This document shows positions 45,436 to 55,345 of a stretch of 64,000 bases of DNA, piece after piece; the stretch's first letter is position 1, and each line of letters starts with the position of its first letter. The notes beneath the pieces were generated by a model. The model searched no databases. It saw only the letters and a list, made by a program, of their open reading frames with translations, and had not been told where the DNA came from. The stretch is from contig CAWFFH010000003.1 in NCBI GenBank assembly GCA_963815095.1, forward strand, positions 1,280,001 through 1,344,000. Reading direction: 5' to 3'. Position numbers and translations under genes: made by a program. Origin of the DNA: Candidatus Bathyarchaeota archaeon (GTDB lineage Archaea; Thermoproteota; Bathyarchaeia; Bathyarchaeales; Bathycorpusculaceae).

Positions 45436-45834
45436 ATGAGAAAGCAGGAAAGTGCATTTAAAAGCTTGAAAATAAATTGGCGCCCTGAACCTGACGTTAT
45501 CGCTATGGTCATTTCAAAAAATAATGTGAACGTTAGACTAACCGAGGAACGATGGTTCCATATAGCCGAATATCACCGGGAACTCATGAATTTTCAGCTC
45601 GAAATTCTGTTGACCATTGCTGAGCCCGACAGAGTTTACCGCTCACCGACAGGGATGGAACCGAATTTTGCCGCCATTAAAGTCTTTGATCGACTTGCAG
45701 ATTTTGGCTTGGCAAAGAATCTCACAGTTCATTACAAAGAGCAACCGGGATCCAGTGGATTTATATTAACGGCTTTCGTCATTTCTGATAAGAGGCTTAC
45801 GAAGAGGTTTAGATTATGGCAGAGATTAAAATGA
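45436..45834 (+). CDS. Putative RelE/PBECR2-like toxin paired with DUF2283
   Basis: VRLTEERWFHIAEYH, TIAEPDRVY, GFILTAF; directly upstream of DUF2283. Confidence 0.65.
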   Translation: MRKQESAFKSLKINWRPEPDVIAMVISKNNVNVRLTEERWFHIAEYHRELMNFQLEILLTIAEPDRVYRSPTGMEPNFAAIKVFDRLADFGLAKNLTVHYKEQPGSSGFILTAFVISDKRLTKRFRLWQRLK

Positions 45835-46094
45835 GAATGGCCATAGATCCGTTCAGAACCGTGGGAAACGCCTTGTCTTGTGCCAGAAAACTAAAACTGC
45901 CCCAAACAATGGTTTCTATTGATTACGACGATGAAGCAGATGTTCTGTATGTAAAATTTAAGCACGCAAAGATAGTTGATAACAACTCTCTTGACGATAA
46001 GGGGCTTGTTACCGCATCTTTAGATGAACGCGGAAAAGTTGTTGGATTAGTGATTATGGAAGCTTCAAAGTTCACTGAAGAATGCAAAAACTAA
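45816..46094 (+). CDS. DUF2283 family putative antitoxin
   Basis: IDYDDEADVLYVKF...DERGKVVGLVIMEAS signature. Confidence 0.85.
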   Translation: MAEIKMRMAIDPFRTVGNALSCARKLKLPQTMVSIDYDDEADVLYVKFKHAKIVDNNSLDDKGLVTASLDERGKVVGLVIMEASKFTEECKN

Positions 46095-46475
46095 AGCCTA
46101 ATCTTACGACGGCTTTTCCTCATTGAATTTTACAAAAATCTAAAATGAGACTTTTGGATTTATTTACCAAAAAAGATTATTATAGGATTTTGAAAGGAAG
46201 AACTTTGCTTTTACAAATTGGGTGACCCATGTTTTTTATGTTGGGTTATTTTGCTAGGGCGTTGCTTCTTAAGATGCCCACGCCGAACAATGTGCTGTTC
46301 TCATTGGGTCACCTATTTTTCCCACGTATATATTCGTGCGACTGATTGCTTTCTACCCGCAGGTTGCCAGTTCAAGGGTTATTCTGCCATCTTCCAGCAT
46401 TTCTACTGGCAGATTAGGTCTCCTAAATCTAAAAGTCCACGAATGGCAAATGCTTAAATGTAAATCTTCCATATA

Positions 46476-46724
46476 GTGGTACTTGAAATAAAGATGGAAA
46501 CTGAAATAATCGTAAAAAAGAAAGGTCAGACTACCATTCCAGTCGGAATCCGCAAAAAATTCAAGATAGAGGAAGGAACACGACTGGAAGTAGTAGAAAC
46601 AGCTGACGGAATATTATTGAAGCCTAAAAAGTCATTCTGGGACATGCTTGGAGCTTATTCACAGTATGGAACTCCAGAAGAAGTAAAAAAAGAGCTAGAC
46701 GAGCTCAGACATGAAGACGAATAA
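46476..46724 (+). CDS. AbrB/MazE/SpoVT-family antitoxin
   Basis: KKGQTTIPVGIRKKFKIEEGTRL...GILLKP. Confidence 0.9.
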   Translation: MVLEIKMETEIIVKKKGQTTIPVGIRKKFKIEEGTRLEVVETADGILLKPKKSFWDMLGAYSQYGTPEEVKKELDELRHEDE

Positions 46725-47098
46725 AGTAGTATATGACACCCGATTCTTCGTGGAATCGTTCTATTCCAATAATGAATCGACCCTTAAAAGAATTCGGCAA
46801 CATAAAACAGTGGAAAGATATATCTCAGCAGTGGTAATCCATGAAGTCTACCGCCTTGCTCTTTCTCGTGAAGGAAGAGAAATCGCAAAAATAAAGGTCA
46901 CAAACATAAAAAAGACATTCAAGGTTGTTGCAGTGGACGATCAGATTGCTGCAGCTTTCAGCTGAATTTAGGCATAAATATCAGCTTTCTATGGGTGACA
47001 GTATGATTGCCGCCACTGCATCCACCTTGAAGGCGGTCTGCGTTACGGATGACCCTCATTTTAAGAAAATTAACGAAATAGAAACCGAATGGGTCTAA
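46711..47098 (+). CDS. vapC: VapC PIN-domain toxin, frameshift near 46957
   Basis: VYDTRFF, VVIHEV, then in shifted frame AELRHKYQLSMGDSMIAATA...VTDDPHFKKINEIETEWV-stop. Confidence 0.85.
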
Positions 47099-47185
47099 AA
47101 GACTCAGCCCACTTTTTGCCCATAGTGTCGGTGTTTTTATGTTGACCATCTTTGCTATGGCGTTGCTTCTTGGTATGGCTAAAAA

Positions 47186-47470
47186 CTAAAGCTCTTTCGA
47201 GAGATTCTCAATTTTCTTTCGAACGCCAACAATTTGTTTACGAACATCAATAGTTAAGGTGAATACTCCTTTGAGCGAATCAACCAGCTTCTCATCACTG
47301 AGCATTTCTATTATGTTGTTGACTTGTTTTTTCAATACTTCAGCCTTTCCTCTTCTGAGGTGCGTTAGAACCTTGTCCATGTCCGAGTTCTCCATTAACA
47401 TTACTGTGTCTCGAACATCTGTTCTTCTTGCTGAATGAATCTTGAATGCAATCATCAATTCATTCTCAGG
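47186..47470 (-). pseudogene. 3' fragment of a putative nucleotidyltransferase-fold protein
   Basis: Starts abruptly at LMIAFKIHSARRTDVRD (K...R..D..D motif of AbiEii/DUF6036-like NTases); the HepT-MNT pair occupies the position of its 5' part. Confidence 0.5.
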
Positions 47471-47542
47471 AAATCTACACTTTTAACACATTTGGCAGAA
47501 CTAAAATTTTTTAGTGACTCAAGATGTCGCAAACACGTATGC

Positions 47543-47911
47543 CTATTTCAGTTCCCCTAAAACCTTGTTAAATAGAGGCTTCAGCTTTGGAAGAATGTCT
47601 TTTGCCGTAAACCATAACAATTCAGTATCAACGCTAAAATACTCATGAGTAAGGTCTGTCCTTATATCTGCTAATCTAGCGTAAGGGATGCGGTAAGTAT
47701 AGAATAGGTTTTTAATTTGCCTATGTTTTGCAAGGACACGTACGGCCTCGCCTATGTTTCTCATGAGGTCGTCCACCGCGTAAACTTTCACTTCATCTTT
47801 TAGAAATTCCTCTTTGGTCAAGTCTCTGGTGAATTTTTCTATTTTCTCAATGTAAAAAATAATTTCAGAGAGATAGAGTCTTGGACTTCTTTCCAGATGA
47901 TCTTTACTCAT
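47543..47911 (-). CDS. hepT: HepT-like HEPN RNase toxin (DUF86)
   Basis: IGEAV and R-x4-H-x-Y (RTDLTHEY), VDTELLW. Confidence 0.85.
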   Translation of the reverse strand: MSKDHLERSPRLYLSEIIFYIEKIEKFTRDLTKEEFLKDEVKVYAVDDLMRNIGEAVRVLAKHRQIKNLFYTYRIPYARLADIRTDLTHEYFSVDTELLWFTAKDILPKLKPLFNKVLGELK

Positions 47912-48204
47912 ACTGATATCGCTTCATTTAACACGTGATCCTTAATGATCGGGTTTAGGAAATTTTTGGATACCACATCTACCTTCACACGTAGTTTTCT
48001 TCTAAGGTAATGTCTAAGACCAGCCACTAAGAGTAAATCCGCCCCTTCAGAATAAGTCACGAGAATATCAATATCGCTTTTATCAGTCTGTTCGCGCCTT
48101 GCGTAAGACCCAAAGATGTCTATTGTCTCCACTTTGAAACGTTTCTTAAGCGTAGGCTTCAACTCCTGAAGCTGCTGTTTTACATCTTCAAGTGACCTTT
48201 GCAT
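47908..48204 (-). CDS. mntA: Minimal nucleotidyltransferase (MNT) antitoxin
   Basis: FGSYARREQTDKSDIDILV, VKVDVV; ATGA overlap with hepT. Confidence 0.9.
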   Translation of the reverse strand: MQRSLEDVKQQLQELKPTLKKRFKVETIDIFGSYARREQTDKSDIDILVTYSEGADLLLVAGLRHYLRRKLRVKVDVVSKNFLNPIIKDHVLNEAISV

Positions 48205-48343
48205 ATCTTAAAGGCTCTTTAATCTGATTTTGATATTACTTTTGGCGTTTGTTCTCTTTAACTTTATCGGAGAAAAATCCAGCTGTTCTATCTAGAAAAT
48301 ACCTTACACTCTTGCGTAATATGAGTACAAGAGTGGAGAGGGC

Positions 48344-48472
48344 ATGGATTGAGATTTAGATCCGCTGAAAGCTTAAGATTGTCAGAAAGAGGGTGCAGGG
48401 CTGCTCTGTGACGGAGATTTGTACTTCGACAAAGATAAGCAGAGACGTGAACGAGAAGATCAAAAGTGACTG
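48344..48472 (+). pseudogene. Possible HTH/transposase N-terminal relic
   Basis: With frame slips reads LDPLKLKIVRKRVQGCSVTEICTSTKISRD (HTH-like); preceded by inverted repeat CACTCTTG/CAAGAGTG at 48307-48335. Confidence 0.3.
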
Positions 48473-48618
48473 ACGCTCACCCACTTTCTTCCTGTATCTA
48501 ACAGATGCGCCAGCGTAGGTTACCTTTAAAAATCAATTGAACACCAGTTTTTTGTTAGTGTACTTACACAGTCACAAAGGTTTATTGAAATAAGCGTTTT
48601 AATGTTTATAGTGAAATT

Positions 48619-48804
48619 ATGTCGGAACCAGATTTTCCTTATTCAAAGAAACCCAATAAACCAAAAATCGGAGCCCCTCCGCCCCCAACGCCCTCTCCTG
48701 ATTTGCCTCCGGGACATCCACCAAACACTCCACCCGTCAAAACACAGCCGACTACAAAGCGTTCAATCAAAAAACCTAAAGCACCAGCTGCAGACGAAAG
48801 TTAG
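48619..48804 (+). CDS. Small Pro/Lys-rich disordered protein
   Basis: 61 aa ORF with TTTATT box ~38 nt upstream and T-rich tract downstream; A/C-rich coding-like sequence. Confidence 0.45.
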   Translation: MSEPDFPYSKKPNKPKIGAPPPPTPSPDLPPGHPPNTPPVKTQPTTKRSIKKPKAPAADES

Positions 48805-48912
48805 TTTGGCTTTGTTCACAAAATTATTTTTCTTTTTATTTCCATTCCCATATTTTAAGTGTCCAATCGCCGTTTTCATCAGTCTCAAACTCTGACACCC
48901 CAATTACCTCGT

Positions 48913-49200
48913 TTAATCGATTGAGTTTCTCAGAACTAGTACTAAAGTTGCTTCCCGAAAAGAAGCAGCCCGCCCCTTTCCGACCGCAACGCTCAACCTT
49001 CTAATTCTCATAATTGCAACATCATGATCTAAAGTAGTAATTGGTCCATTTCCTTTCTCCATCAACACACCATTCGGCATCCGTGAAAAAACACCTGTCG
49101 ACGCATACGTCGCATCAATTCCAAAAATCTTTCCTGAACCACTTACAGTCATTTCAGTATGTTCCCCAGGAAGAATGATTCTGATTTTATTTCACCGCCC
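48913..49200 (-). pseudogene. Degraded hypothetical beta-rich protein
   Basis: ORF 48913..49152 looks protein-like and extends upstream with frame disruptions; no family recognised. Confidence 0.3.
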
Positions 49201-49334
49201 CGCACATAGGTCGCCGCTATTACGCTAGTTGTCGAAATCTTCTTTCTATGAATTTAAAAGAGGCTGGCATATTGCCGTCTCCGAAAAGCCGCTTGCCAGT
49301 GCCACTGGAAATACAACTGGAAGTTCAATATTAC

Positions 49335-49403
49335 AAAAGCTTATAACCAGAACGAAACAAAATATGTTTGATTGAACGAGGGCAATTATGCTTCTTGCTC
49401 AAT
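49335..49403 (+). promoter_or_regulatory. BRE/TATA plus 33-nt 5' leader stem-loop of beta-propeller gene 1
   Basis: TTATAA at 49341; ATTGAACGAGGGCAATTATGCTTCTTGCTCAAT at 49371-49403; homologous element at 52368-52400. Confidence 0.75.
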
Positions 49404-49425
49404 ACAAATTTTTGAGGAAAGAAAA

Positions 49426-52077
49426 ATGCAAAAACCAAAAAATAAAATTATGGCTCTTACGATTGCAACATTACTAATAATATCTATGTCAGCTTCAATC
49501 ATGCTAATACCAAACACTAACGCGCATTCACCACCATGGACTATTATTTCCTATGCCTATCTCACAGTTGCGCCTCAACCCGTGGGTGTCGGTCAACCAA
49601 TATCAGTTGCTATGTGGGTTGATACAGCTTTACCAGGGGCAACTGTTACTAATCCTATTAGACGAACAGGCTACGAACTTACTATCACGGCACCTGACGG
49701 AACAGTCTCAACACAAACGTGGGCAACGATTGGTGATTCAACGGGAATACAGTCTTACTATTTTACACCTATTCAAGCCGGAAACTATACGTTCGTTTTT
49801 AATTATCCTGGACAAACGTATATTTGGACTTCAAGCACTCCTGGCGCAAACACAGCGTATACAGGCGACATTTTCACAGCATCCAATGCCACACAAGTCT
49901 TAACCGTGCAGCAAGATCCAATTCAAGAACCAACCGGCCCTTCACTTCCAACTGAGTACTGGACATACCCAATAGAGGGACAAAACTACAATTGGTACAC
50001 AATCGCGTCAAACTGGCTTTCAACACCCTACATCAAAGGTGCTAACCCATCCTACGGTATTCCAGGTGGTTACCAACCATACGGCTCAGCGCCAACCAGC
50101 GCCCACATAATGTGGACAAACCCCATTCAGTACGGAGGAGTTGCTGGAGGAAATGATACCAATGTTCCAGGCGAATCATATTATCAAGGCGGCTCATACA
50201 ATACCAGATTCAACAACCCAATAATAATTCAAGGAACATTATTCTTCCAACTACCATTCGGTGAAACAGGTACCGGCGGAAATTACGTTGCATGGGACCT
50301 AAAGACAGGTCAACAACTTTGGAGCATTAACGCATCAGCAACAGGCGTCTCTCTCGTACCATCATTTGGTTATCTCTACTCTATGGACCAGCCAAACCAA
50401 CATGGCGTCTTACCCAATGGTTTACTTGTCGCAACAACAAATGCATATGCAGGTCTTGGCACGGTATGGAGAACATATGACCCAATGACGGGCGTACTTA
50501 CACCGATGAATATTACTAACGTTCCAGGTGGATCAAACGTAGCAGGTCCAGCAGGCGAATACTTAAAACTAATTCTTACTAATTACGGAACCACAGCAAA
50601 TCCCAACTGGTATTTAGCAGAATGGAATTCATCTAAGGTATTTGGCGTTTATGCAGGCACAGGCACAAGCTTTTGGTACACGGGAACAGTAAATGCAAGT
50701 TTGCCATCATGTTACGACTGGAATGTTTCATTAAACCTTAGTCCAGGCTCTTGGAATATTGGGACAGCCGCATCTGGTGCTGGTCCACTAATTGACTTGG
50801 GTAACATGGCACTTTTGATTCAGGGAACTTTCGGAGGACATGTTAGCGACTTCGGCGCAACAGTAACCAGCGATCCAGCGAACATTACAGCTATAAGCCT
50901 AAACCCGCAAACAATAGGAAGCGTATTGTGGAAACAATCTTATCAGCAAGCACCTGGCAACAACACGCGAACAATTTGTGGCTGGGATCCAACGAACGCA
51001 GTCTTCATCTTCGAAGACAAAGAGAGTATGACGCATTATGGCTATAGCTTGACAAACGGACAACTATTGTGGGGTCCGGTGGGTGTTCCAAGAGGCATTA
51101 GTACAGATTGGAACTACTTGAGCCTCGACCAAGACCAAGTTGCATACGGCAACCTCTACTGGTTCGGCTATACCGGATTCCTCTACTGCTTCAACGATAA
51201 GACTGGAACTCTAGAATGGACCTACGGAAATGGCGGAGAAGGCAACAGCACCTATGCCGGATTTATAACACCCTATGGCTATTACCCCGTGTTTATAAGC
51301 GCTATTGCCGACGGAAAGATCTACTTGGTCAGTAGTGAGCATTCTCCCAACTCTCCACTTTACCAGGGCGAACAATTACGTTGTGTCAACGCCACCAGCG
51401 GAGAAGAAATATGGACTATAGATAACTTTGCCAACTGTATGTATGGTGGTGTCACCCCCATTGCCAGTGGTTACCTAGTAACCGATAACACCTATAATCA
51501 GCAAATCTACTGTTATGGCCGCGGACCTAGCCAATTAACTGTTACATCGCCTCAAACATCAATAGAACTGGGCAAATCACTTGTTATCAGCGGCATGGTA
51601 ACCGACATCTCTGCCGGCACAAAACAGAATGAACAGGCGGCACGCTTCCCAAACGGAGTTCCAGCAGTATCTGACGCAAGCCAAACTGGATGGATGGAAT
51701 ATGTCTACATGCAAAAACCACAACCAACAAACACTACTGGAGTCTCAGTTACGTTGAGCGTTGTTGACGCTAATGGTAACTTTAGAGAAATTGGAAAAAC
51801 CACGAGCACCGATGGATTCTTCAGCCTTAACTGGAAACCAGACATCGCAGGCGCATACACAGTCTACGCATCATTCGGCGGCTCTGAATCCTACTATCCA
51901 TCACACGCTGTAACAGCATTCGCCGTTGACTCAGCAACACCTACTGCGACACCAACTGCATTACCAACACAATCAACAACTGACATGTACTTTGTTCCCG
52001 CTATCGCAGGTTTGTTTGTCTTAATCATCGTAGTAGCAATAGTATTAGCCCTATTGATGCCAAGAAAACGAGCATAA
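49426..52077 (+). CDS. Secreted, C-terminally anchored PQQ-like beta-propeller protein (paralog 1)
   Basis: Signal peptide ending TNA|HSPPW; Trp-docking repeats DLKTGQQLW, LTNGQLLW, KTGTLEW, NATSGEEIW; T/P linker, TM and RKR; true start ATG 49426 after GAGG. Confidence 0.88.
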   Translation: MQKPKNKIMALTIATLLIISMSASIMLIPNTNAHSPPWTIISYAYLTVAPQPVGVGQPISVAMWVDTALPGATVTNPIRRTGYELTITAPDGTVSTQTWATIGDSTGIQSYYFTPIQAGNYTFVFNYPGQTYIWTSSTPGANTAYTGDIFTASNATQVLTVQQDPIQEPTGPSLPTEYWTYPIEGQNYNWYTIASNWLSTPYIKGANPSYGIPGGYQPYGSAPTSAHIMWTNPIQYGGVAGGNDTNVPGESYYQGGSYNTRFNNPIIIQGTLFFQLPFGETGTGGNYVAWDLKTGQQLWSINASATGVSLVPSFGYLYSMDQPNQHGVLPNGLLVATTNAYAGLGTVWRTYDPMTGVLTPMNITNVPGGSNVAGPAGEYLKLILTNYGTTANPNWYLAEWNSSKVFGVYAGTGTSFWYTGTVNASLPSCYDWNVSLNLSPGSWNIGTAASGAGPLIDLGNMALLIQGTFGGHVSDFGATVTSDPANITAISLNPQTIGSVLWKQSYQQAPGNNTRTICGWDPTNAVFIFEDKESMTHYGYSLTNGQLLWGPVGVPRGISTDWNYLSLDQDQVAYGNLYWFGYTGFLYCFNDKTGTLEWTYGNGGEGNSTYAGFITPYGYYPVFISAIADGKIYLVSSEHSPNSPLYQGEQLRCVNATSGEEIWTIDNFANCMYGGVTPIASGYLVTDNTYNQQIYCYGRGPSQLTVTSPQTSIELGKSLVISGMVTDISAGTKQNEQAARFPNGVPAVSDASQTGWMEYVYMQKPQPTNTTGVSVTLSVVDANGNFREIGKTTSTDGFFSLNWKPDIAGAYTVYASFGGSESYYPSHAVTAFAVDSATPTATPTALPTQSTTDMYFVPAIAGLFVLIIVVAIVLALLMPRKRA

Positions 52078-52105
52078 AAACACCCAATAAAACAAAAAAC
52101 AATCC

Positions 52106-52120
52106 TTCCCTTTTTTTAGT
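52106..52120 (+). terminator. Oligo-T terminator TTCCCTTTTTTTAGT
   Basis: ~30 nt after the stop; identical 15-mer at 54982-54996. Confidence 0.7.
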
Positions 52121-52331
52121 TTAAATTATCTATTGAAGAATAATGGGGCTAAGAAGACTCTGGAAAAATTAAATGCTATTAGTAAATTGCATTGGTTCCT
52201 CTCTCCTAAAACAATCCCGAGCCTAAACCTTCCTTTCATAACAGTTTTTAAACGACAAAAAATAAACATCATTGAAAAATTCAAATTTAGTTTATTGTTT
52301 TTACGTCTAAATGACATTCCTGATATTTTGC

Positions 52332-52400
52332 AAAGTCTTATAAATTGTTGGAAATGAATAGGACTTGATTGAGCGAGGCCCATAACGCTTCTTGCTCAAT
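52332..52400 (+). promoter_or_regulatory. BRE/TATA plus 33-nt 5' leader stem-loop of beta-propeller gene 2
   Basis: TTATAAA at 52338; ATTGAGCGAGGCCCATAACGCTTCTTGCTCAAT at 52368-52400, an 11-bp stem with two G-U pairs. Confidence 0.75.
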
Positions 52401-52425
52401 AAAAATTATTTTGAGGAAAAGAAAA

Positions 52426-54960
52426 ATGCAAAAACTAAAAAATAAAACCATGGCTATTCTGATTACTTTGATTTTGATAATTTCAATGAGTGCAGTATTT
52501 CTTCAACCAACAAATGCTCATACACCACCACAAGACATCAAAACATACGCTTTAATTTCTGCCGTACCTGACCCCATTGGTGTCGGACAACCAGTATCTA
52601 TCGTTATCTGGGCAGGATTAGTCCTACCTAATGCAGCTGTTGAAAACGACATAAGGTTCCATGACTATAAACTGATAATAACAAAACCAGATGGGAAAAC
52701 CGAAACAATGACATGGGCAACGGTTACAGACCCAACATCAACACAGTATATAAAATACATACCAGACCAAGTCGGACAATATTCGTTTGTTTTCAGCTAT
52801 CCAGACCAAGTTTATAGATGGAACGATACATCCGCTATGCGTACTTGGACAAACGACACATTCTTAGGCGCAACAAGCAAAACTCTCACAATCACTGTTC
52901 AAGAAGAACCATTGCCAGCTCCTATAGATAGTTACCCACTTCCAACTGAGTTTTGGTCTCGACCGATTGAAGGACAAAACACCTATTGGTTTACCATAGC
53001 ATCAAACTGGCTTGGAGAGTCACATCCACAAATTGCAGCCGGAAACAGGTATCAAGCAGACGGCTCAGCACCAAACAGTGCACACGTCTTATGGACAAAA
53101 CCTATTGATGCAGGAGGAGTAGTCGGAGGAAGTGACGTAGGCGTCCCAGGAAACATGTTCTATTCAGGACTTTCATACCAAGCACGGTTCACTAACCCAA
53201 TTATAATGAACGGAGTACTTTACTATCCTTTACCAAAACAAAACTCACCAACCGGTAACGGCTATATCGCAGTTGACTTGCAAACAGGACAAGAAATATG
53301 GCTCAACGACCAGATAACAAATCCGCCAACATTCGGATACTTATTCAGCTTTGACGATGAAAACCAGCACGGAGTTATTCCATCAGGATTGTTATTCACA
53401 AATAACTTTGCTAGCGGATATGAAGCATCTACTGGAAACAGTGTGATTAATGTCACAGGCGTTCCTTCAGGTGTTTCAGTCGTAGGACCTAGTGGAGAAA
53501 TATTACGTTACCAAATAGATGTTACACATCACTGGTTAGCACAATGGAACTCTTCAAAAGTAATATATCCACGATCTGGCACAGCAGTAGCACAACCTAA
53601 CTCGGTAGTAGCTAACTTACCAACTTGCTATGATTGGAACGTAACAATTCCAGACGATGTTAAATCAGGAACTACCCCCGCATTTGCATTATTAGATGAC
53701 ATAATAGTTGGAACTACCACACTATCTGGTTTTAGTGGTTTTGGAACACCAAGTCCTTATACCGTTTGGGCTCTTAGTCTAAAACCTGGACATGAAGGAA
53801 CTCTGCTCTGGATACAAAACTATACAGCACCTGATGGAGTAACAAGAAGACTTCCGACCGTAGATCCAATAAACAGAGTATTTATACTAAGAGACAAAGA
53901 AACAATGGTATTCCAAGGATACAACTTAGATACAGGAAACTACCTATGGACCACTAAACCAATAGATGGAGTTTCAGACTTTGAGTACTTTGACTTGACA
54001 TACATTTCAACCTTCTGGACAATTGCTTATGGTAACTTATACCACACTGGCTTAGGCGGAATTCTCTATTGCTATGATACAAAGACAGGCGATTTACAAT
54101 GGACATATGGTAACGGTGGAATAGGAAACAATACAAACAGTGAACTTCAAACTGCTTGGGGGAAATACCCACAATACATCTATGCACTTGCAGACGACAA
54201 AGTTTTCATCATGACTGGAGAGCACTCACCTGACTCACCACTATGGAAAGGCGGATTAGTTCGAGCAATTAACGCAACTGATGGAACCGAAGTCTGGACA
54301 TTATCAGGGTATGCAGGATATACAGCTCGTTCATATGCAGCTGTGGCAGACGGCATTTACGTATTTGACAACATCTATAACGCGGAAATAACAGCAATCG
54401 GTAAAGGTCCAAGCGCAATGACAATTGAAGCACCAATGACCGCAGCAACCCTAGGCTCAAGTATAATGATTAAAGGTACTATAACAGATATTTCAGCAGG
54501 AACGCAACAAAAAGAGCAAGCGGCAAGATTCCCCTATGGAGTTCCAGCGGTTTCAGATGCAAGCCAAAAAGGATGGATGGAATATGTGTATATGCAAAAA
54601 CCACGTCCAACAGACGCTGTCGGAGTACCTATAGTTCTAAGTGTAGTAGACTCAAATGGTAACTACAGAGATATAGGAACAACAACAAGCACCGATGGCT
54701 TCTTTAGTCTAAACTGGACGCCTGACATTGACGGACAATATACTGTTTATGCTTCTTTCGCAGGTTCAGAATCCTATTATCCTTCACACGCTTTGACATC
54801 ATTTGCAGTTGACCCAGCTGCAGTAACACAAGCTCCCACAGAGCACCCAGTAACACCAATGTCTGAACAATACTTTGTCCCTGCAATCGCCGGTCTATTC
54901 GTATTAGTCATACTCGGTTTTGCTGTACTGGCATTATTAGTACTGAGAAAACACCCGTAA
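52426..54960 (+). CDS. Secreted, C-terminally anchored PQQ-like beta-propeller protein (paralog 2)
   Basis: TNA|HTPP; DLQTGQEIW, DTKTGDLQW, NATDGTEVW; GEHSP; YFVPAIAG-TM-RKHP; true start ATG 52426. Confidence 0.88.
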   Translation: MQKLKNKTMAILITLILIISMSAVFLQPTNAHTPPQDIKTYALISAVPDPIGVGQPVSIVIWAGLVLPNAAVENDIRFHDYKLIITKPDGKTETMTWATVTDPTSTQYIKYIPDQVGQYSFVFSYPDQVYRWNDTSAMRTWTNDTFLGATSKTLTITVQEEPLPAPIDSYPLPTEFWSRPIEGQNTYWFTIASNWLGESHPQIAAGNRYQADGSAPNSAHVLWTKPIDAGGVVGGSDVGVPGNMFYSGLSYQARFTNPIIMNGVLYYPLPKQNSPTGNGYIAVDLQTGQEIWLNDQITNPPTFGYLFSFDDENQHGVIPSGLLFTNNFASGYEASTGNSVINVTGVPSGVSVVGPSGEILRYQIDVTHHWLAQWNSSKVIYPRSGTAVAQPNSVVANLPTCYDWNVTIPDDVKSGTTPAFALLDDIIVGTTTLSGFSGFGTPSPYTVWALSLKPGHEGTLLWIQNYTAPDGVTRRLPTVDPINRVFILRDKETMVFQGYNLDTGNYLWTTKPIDGVSDFEYFDLTYISTFWTIAYGNLYHTGLGGILYCYDTKTGDLQWTYGNGGIGNNTNSELQTAWGKYPQYIYALADDKVFIMTGEHSPDSPLWKGGLVRAINATDGTEVWTLSGYAGYTARSYAAVADGIYVFDNIYNAEITAIGKGPSAMTIEAPMTAATLGSSIMIKGTITDISAGTQQKEQAARFPYGVPAVSDASQKGWMEYVYMQKPRPTDAVGVPIVLSVVDSNGNYRDIGTTTSTDGFFSLNWTPDIDGQYTVYASFAGSESYYPSHALTSFAVDPAAVTQAPTEHPVTPMSEQYFVPAIAGLFVLVILGFAVLALLVLRKHP

Positions 54961-54981
54961 AAGCACAAAAAAGAACTATCT

Positions 54982-54996
54982 TTCCCTTTTTTTAGT
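54982..54996 (+). terminator. Oligo-T terminator TTCCCTTTTTTTAGT
   Basis: 22 nt after the stop; identical to 52106-52120. Confidence 0.7.
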
Positions 54997-55034
54997 CAAA
55001 AATAAAATATTCAATTTATTCGAGAAAAGCAACT

Positions 55035-55345
55035 ATGGAAATCTGGTATTCGCCCCAAGAGACCCTATTCTTAGAATCAATTCAAACTTGCAAACGTCTC
55101 CGGATGGCTAACCAATAGCCGCCTAATAATAGTAGAACATAAGCCAGGCAAACTAAACGAAGGAAAACGCAAAGATTATCCGCTAAAATACTTTGCAAAA
55201 GCCCCAAATAAAAGACACACCCCTGACCGCAAAGTTCGAACCGTAAAAGTCAAAATCCGACTTTCAACTTACGCTCCCAACCTACTCCAAGAGATCAAAA
55301 ACTTCACGAGAAGAGTCCTCAAAATACTGTAACAAACGTAAAAAG
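55035..55345 (+). pseudogene. Frameshifted ~100 aa hypothetical protein
   Basis: MEIWYSPQETLFLES/VSGWLTNSRLIIVEHKPGKLNEGKRKDYPL.../KVKIRLSTYAPNLLQEIKNF; its tail has a homolog at 57778-57852. Confidence 0.5.

Noticed and set aside
45158-45457. Minus-strand 99 aa ORF
   Set aside because: Overlaps two better-supported plus-strand genes; may hold a relic but no family could be recognised.
49372-49425. N-terminal extensions MNEGNYASCS and MSEAHNASCS on the propeller ORFs
   Set aside because: These are translations of the conserved leader hairpin; the GAGG motif and signal peptides point to ATG 49426 and 52426.
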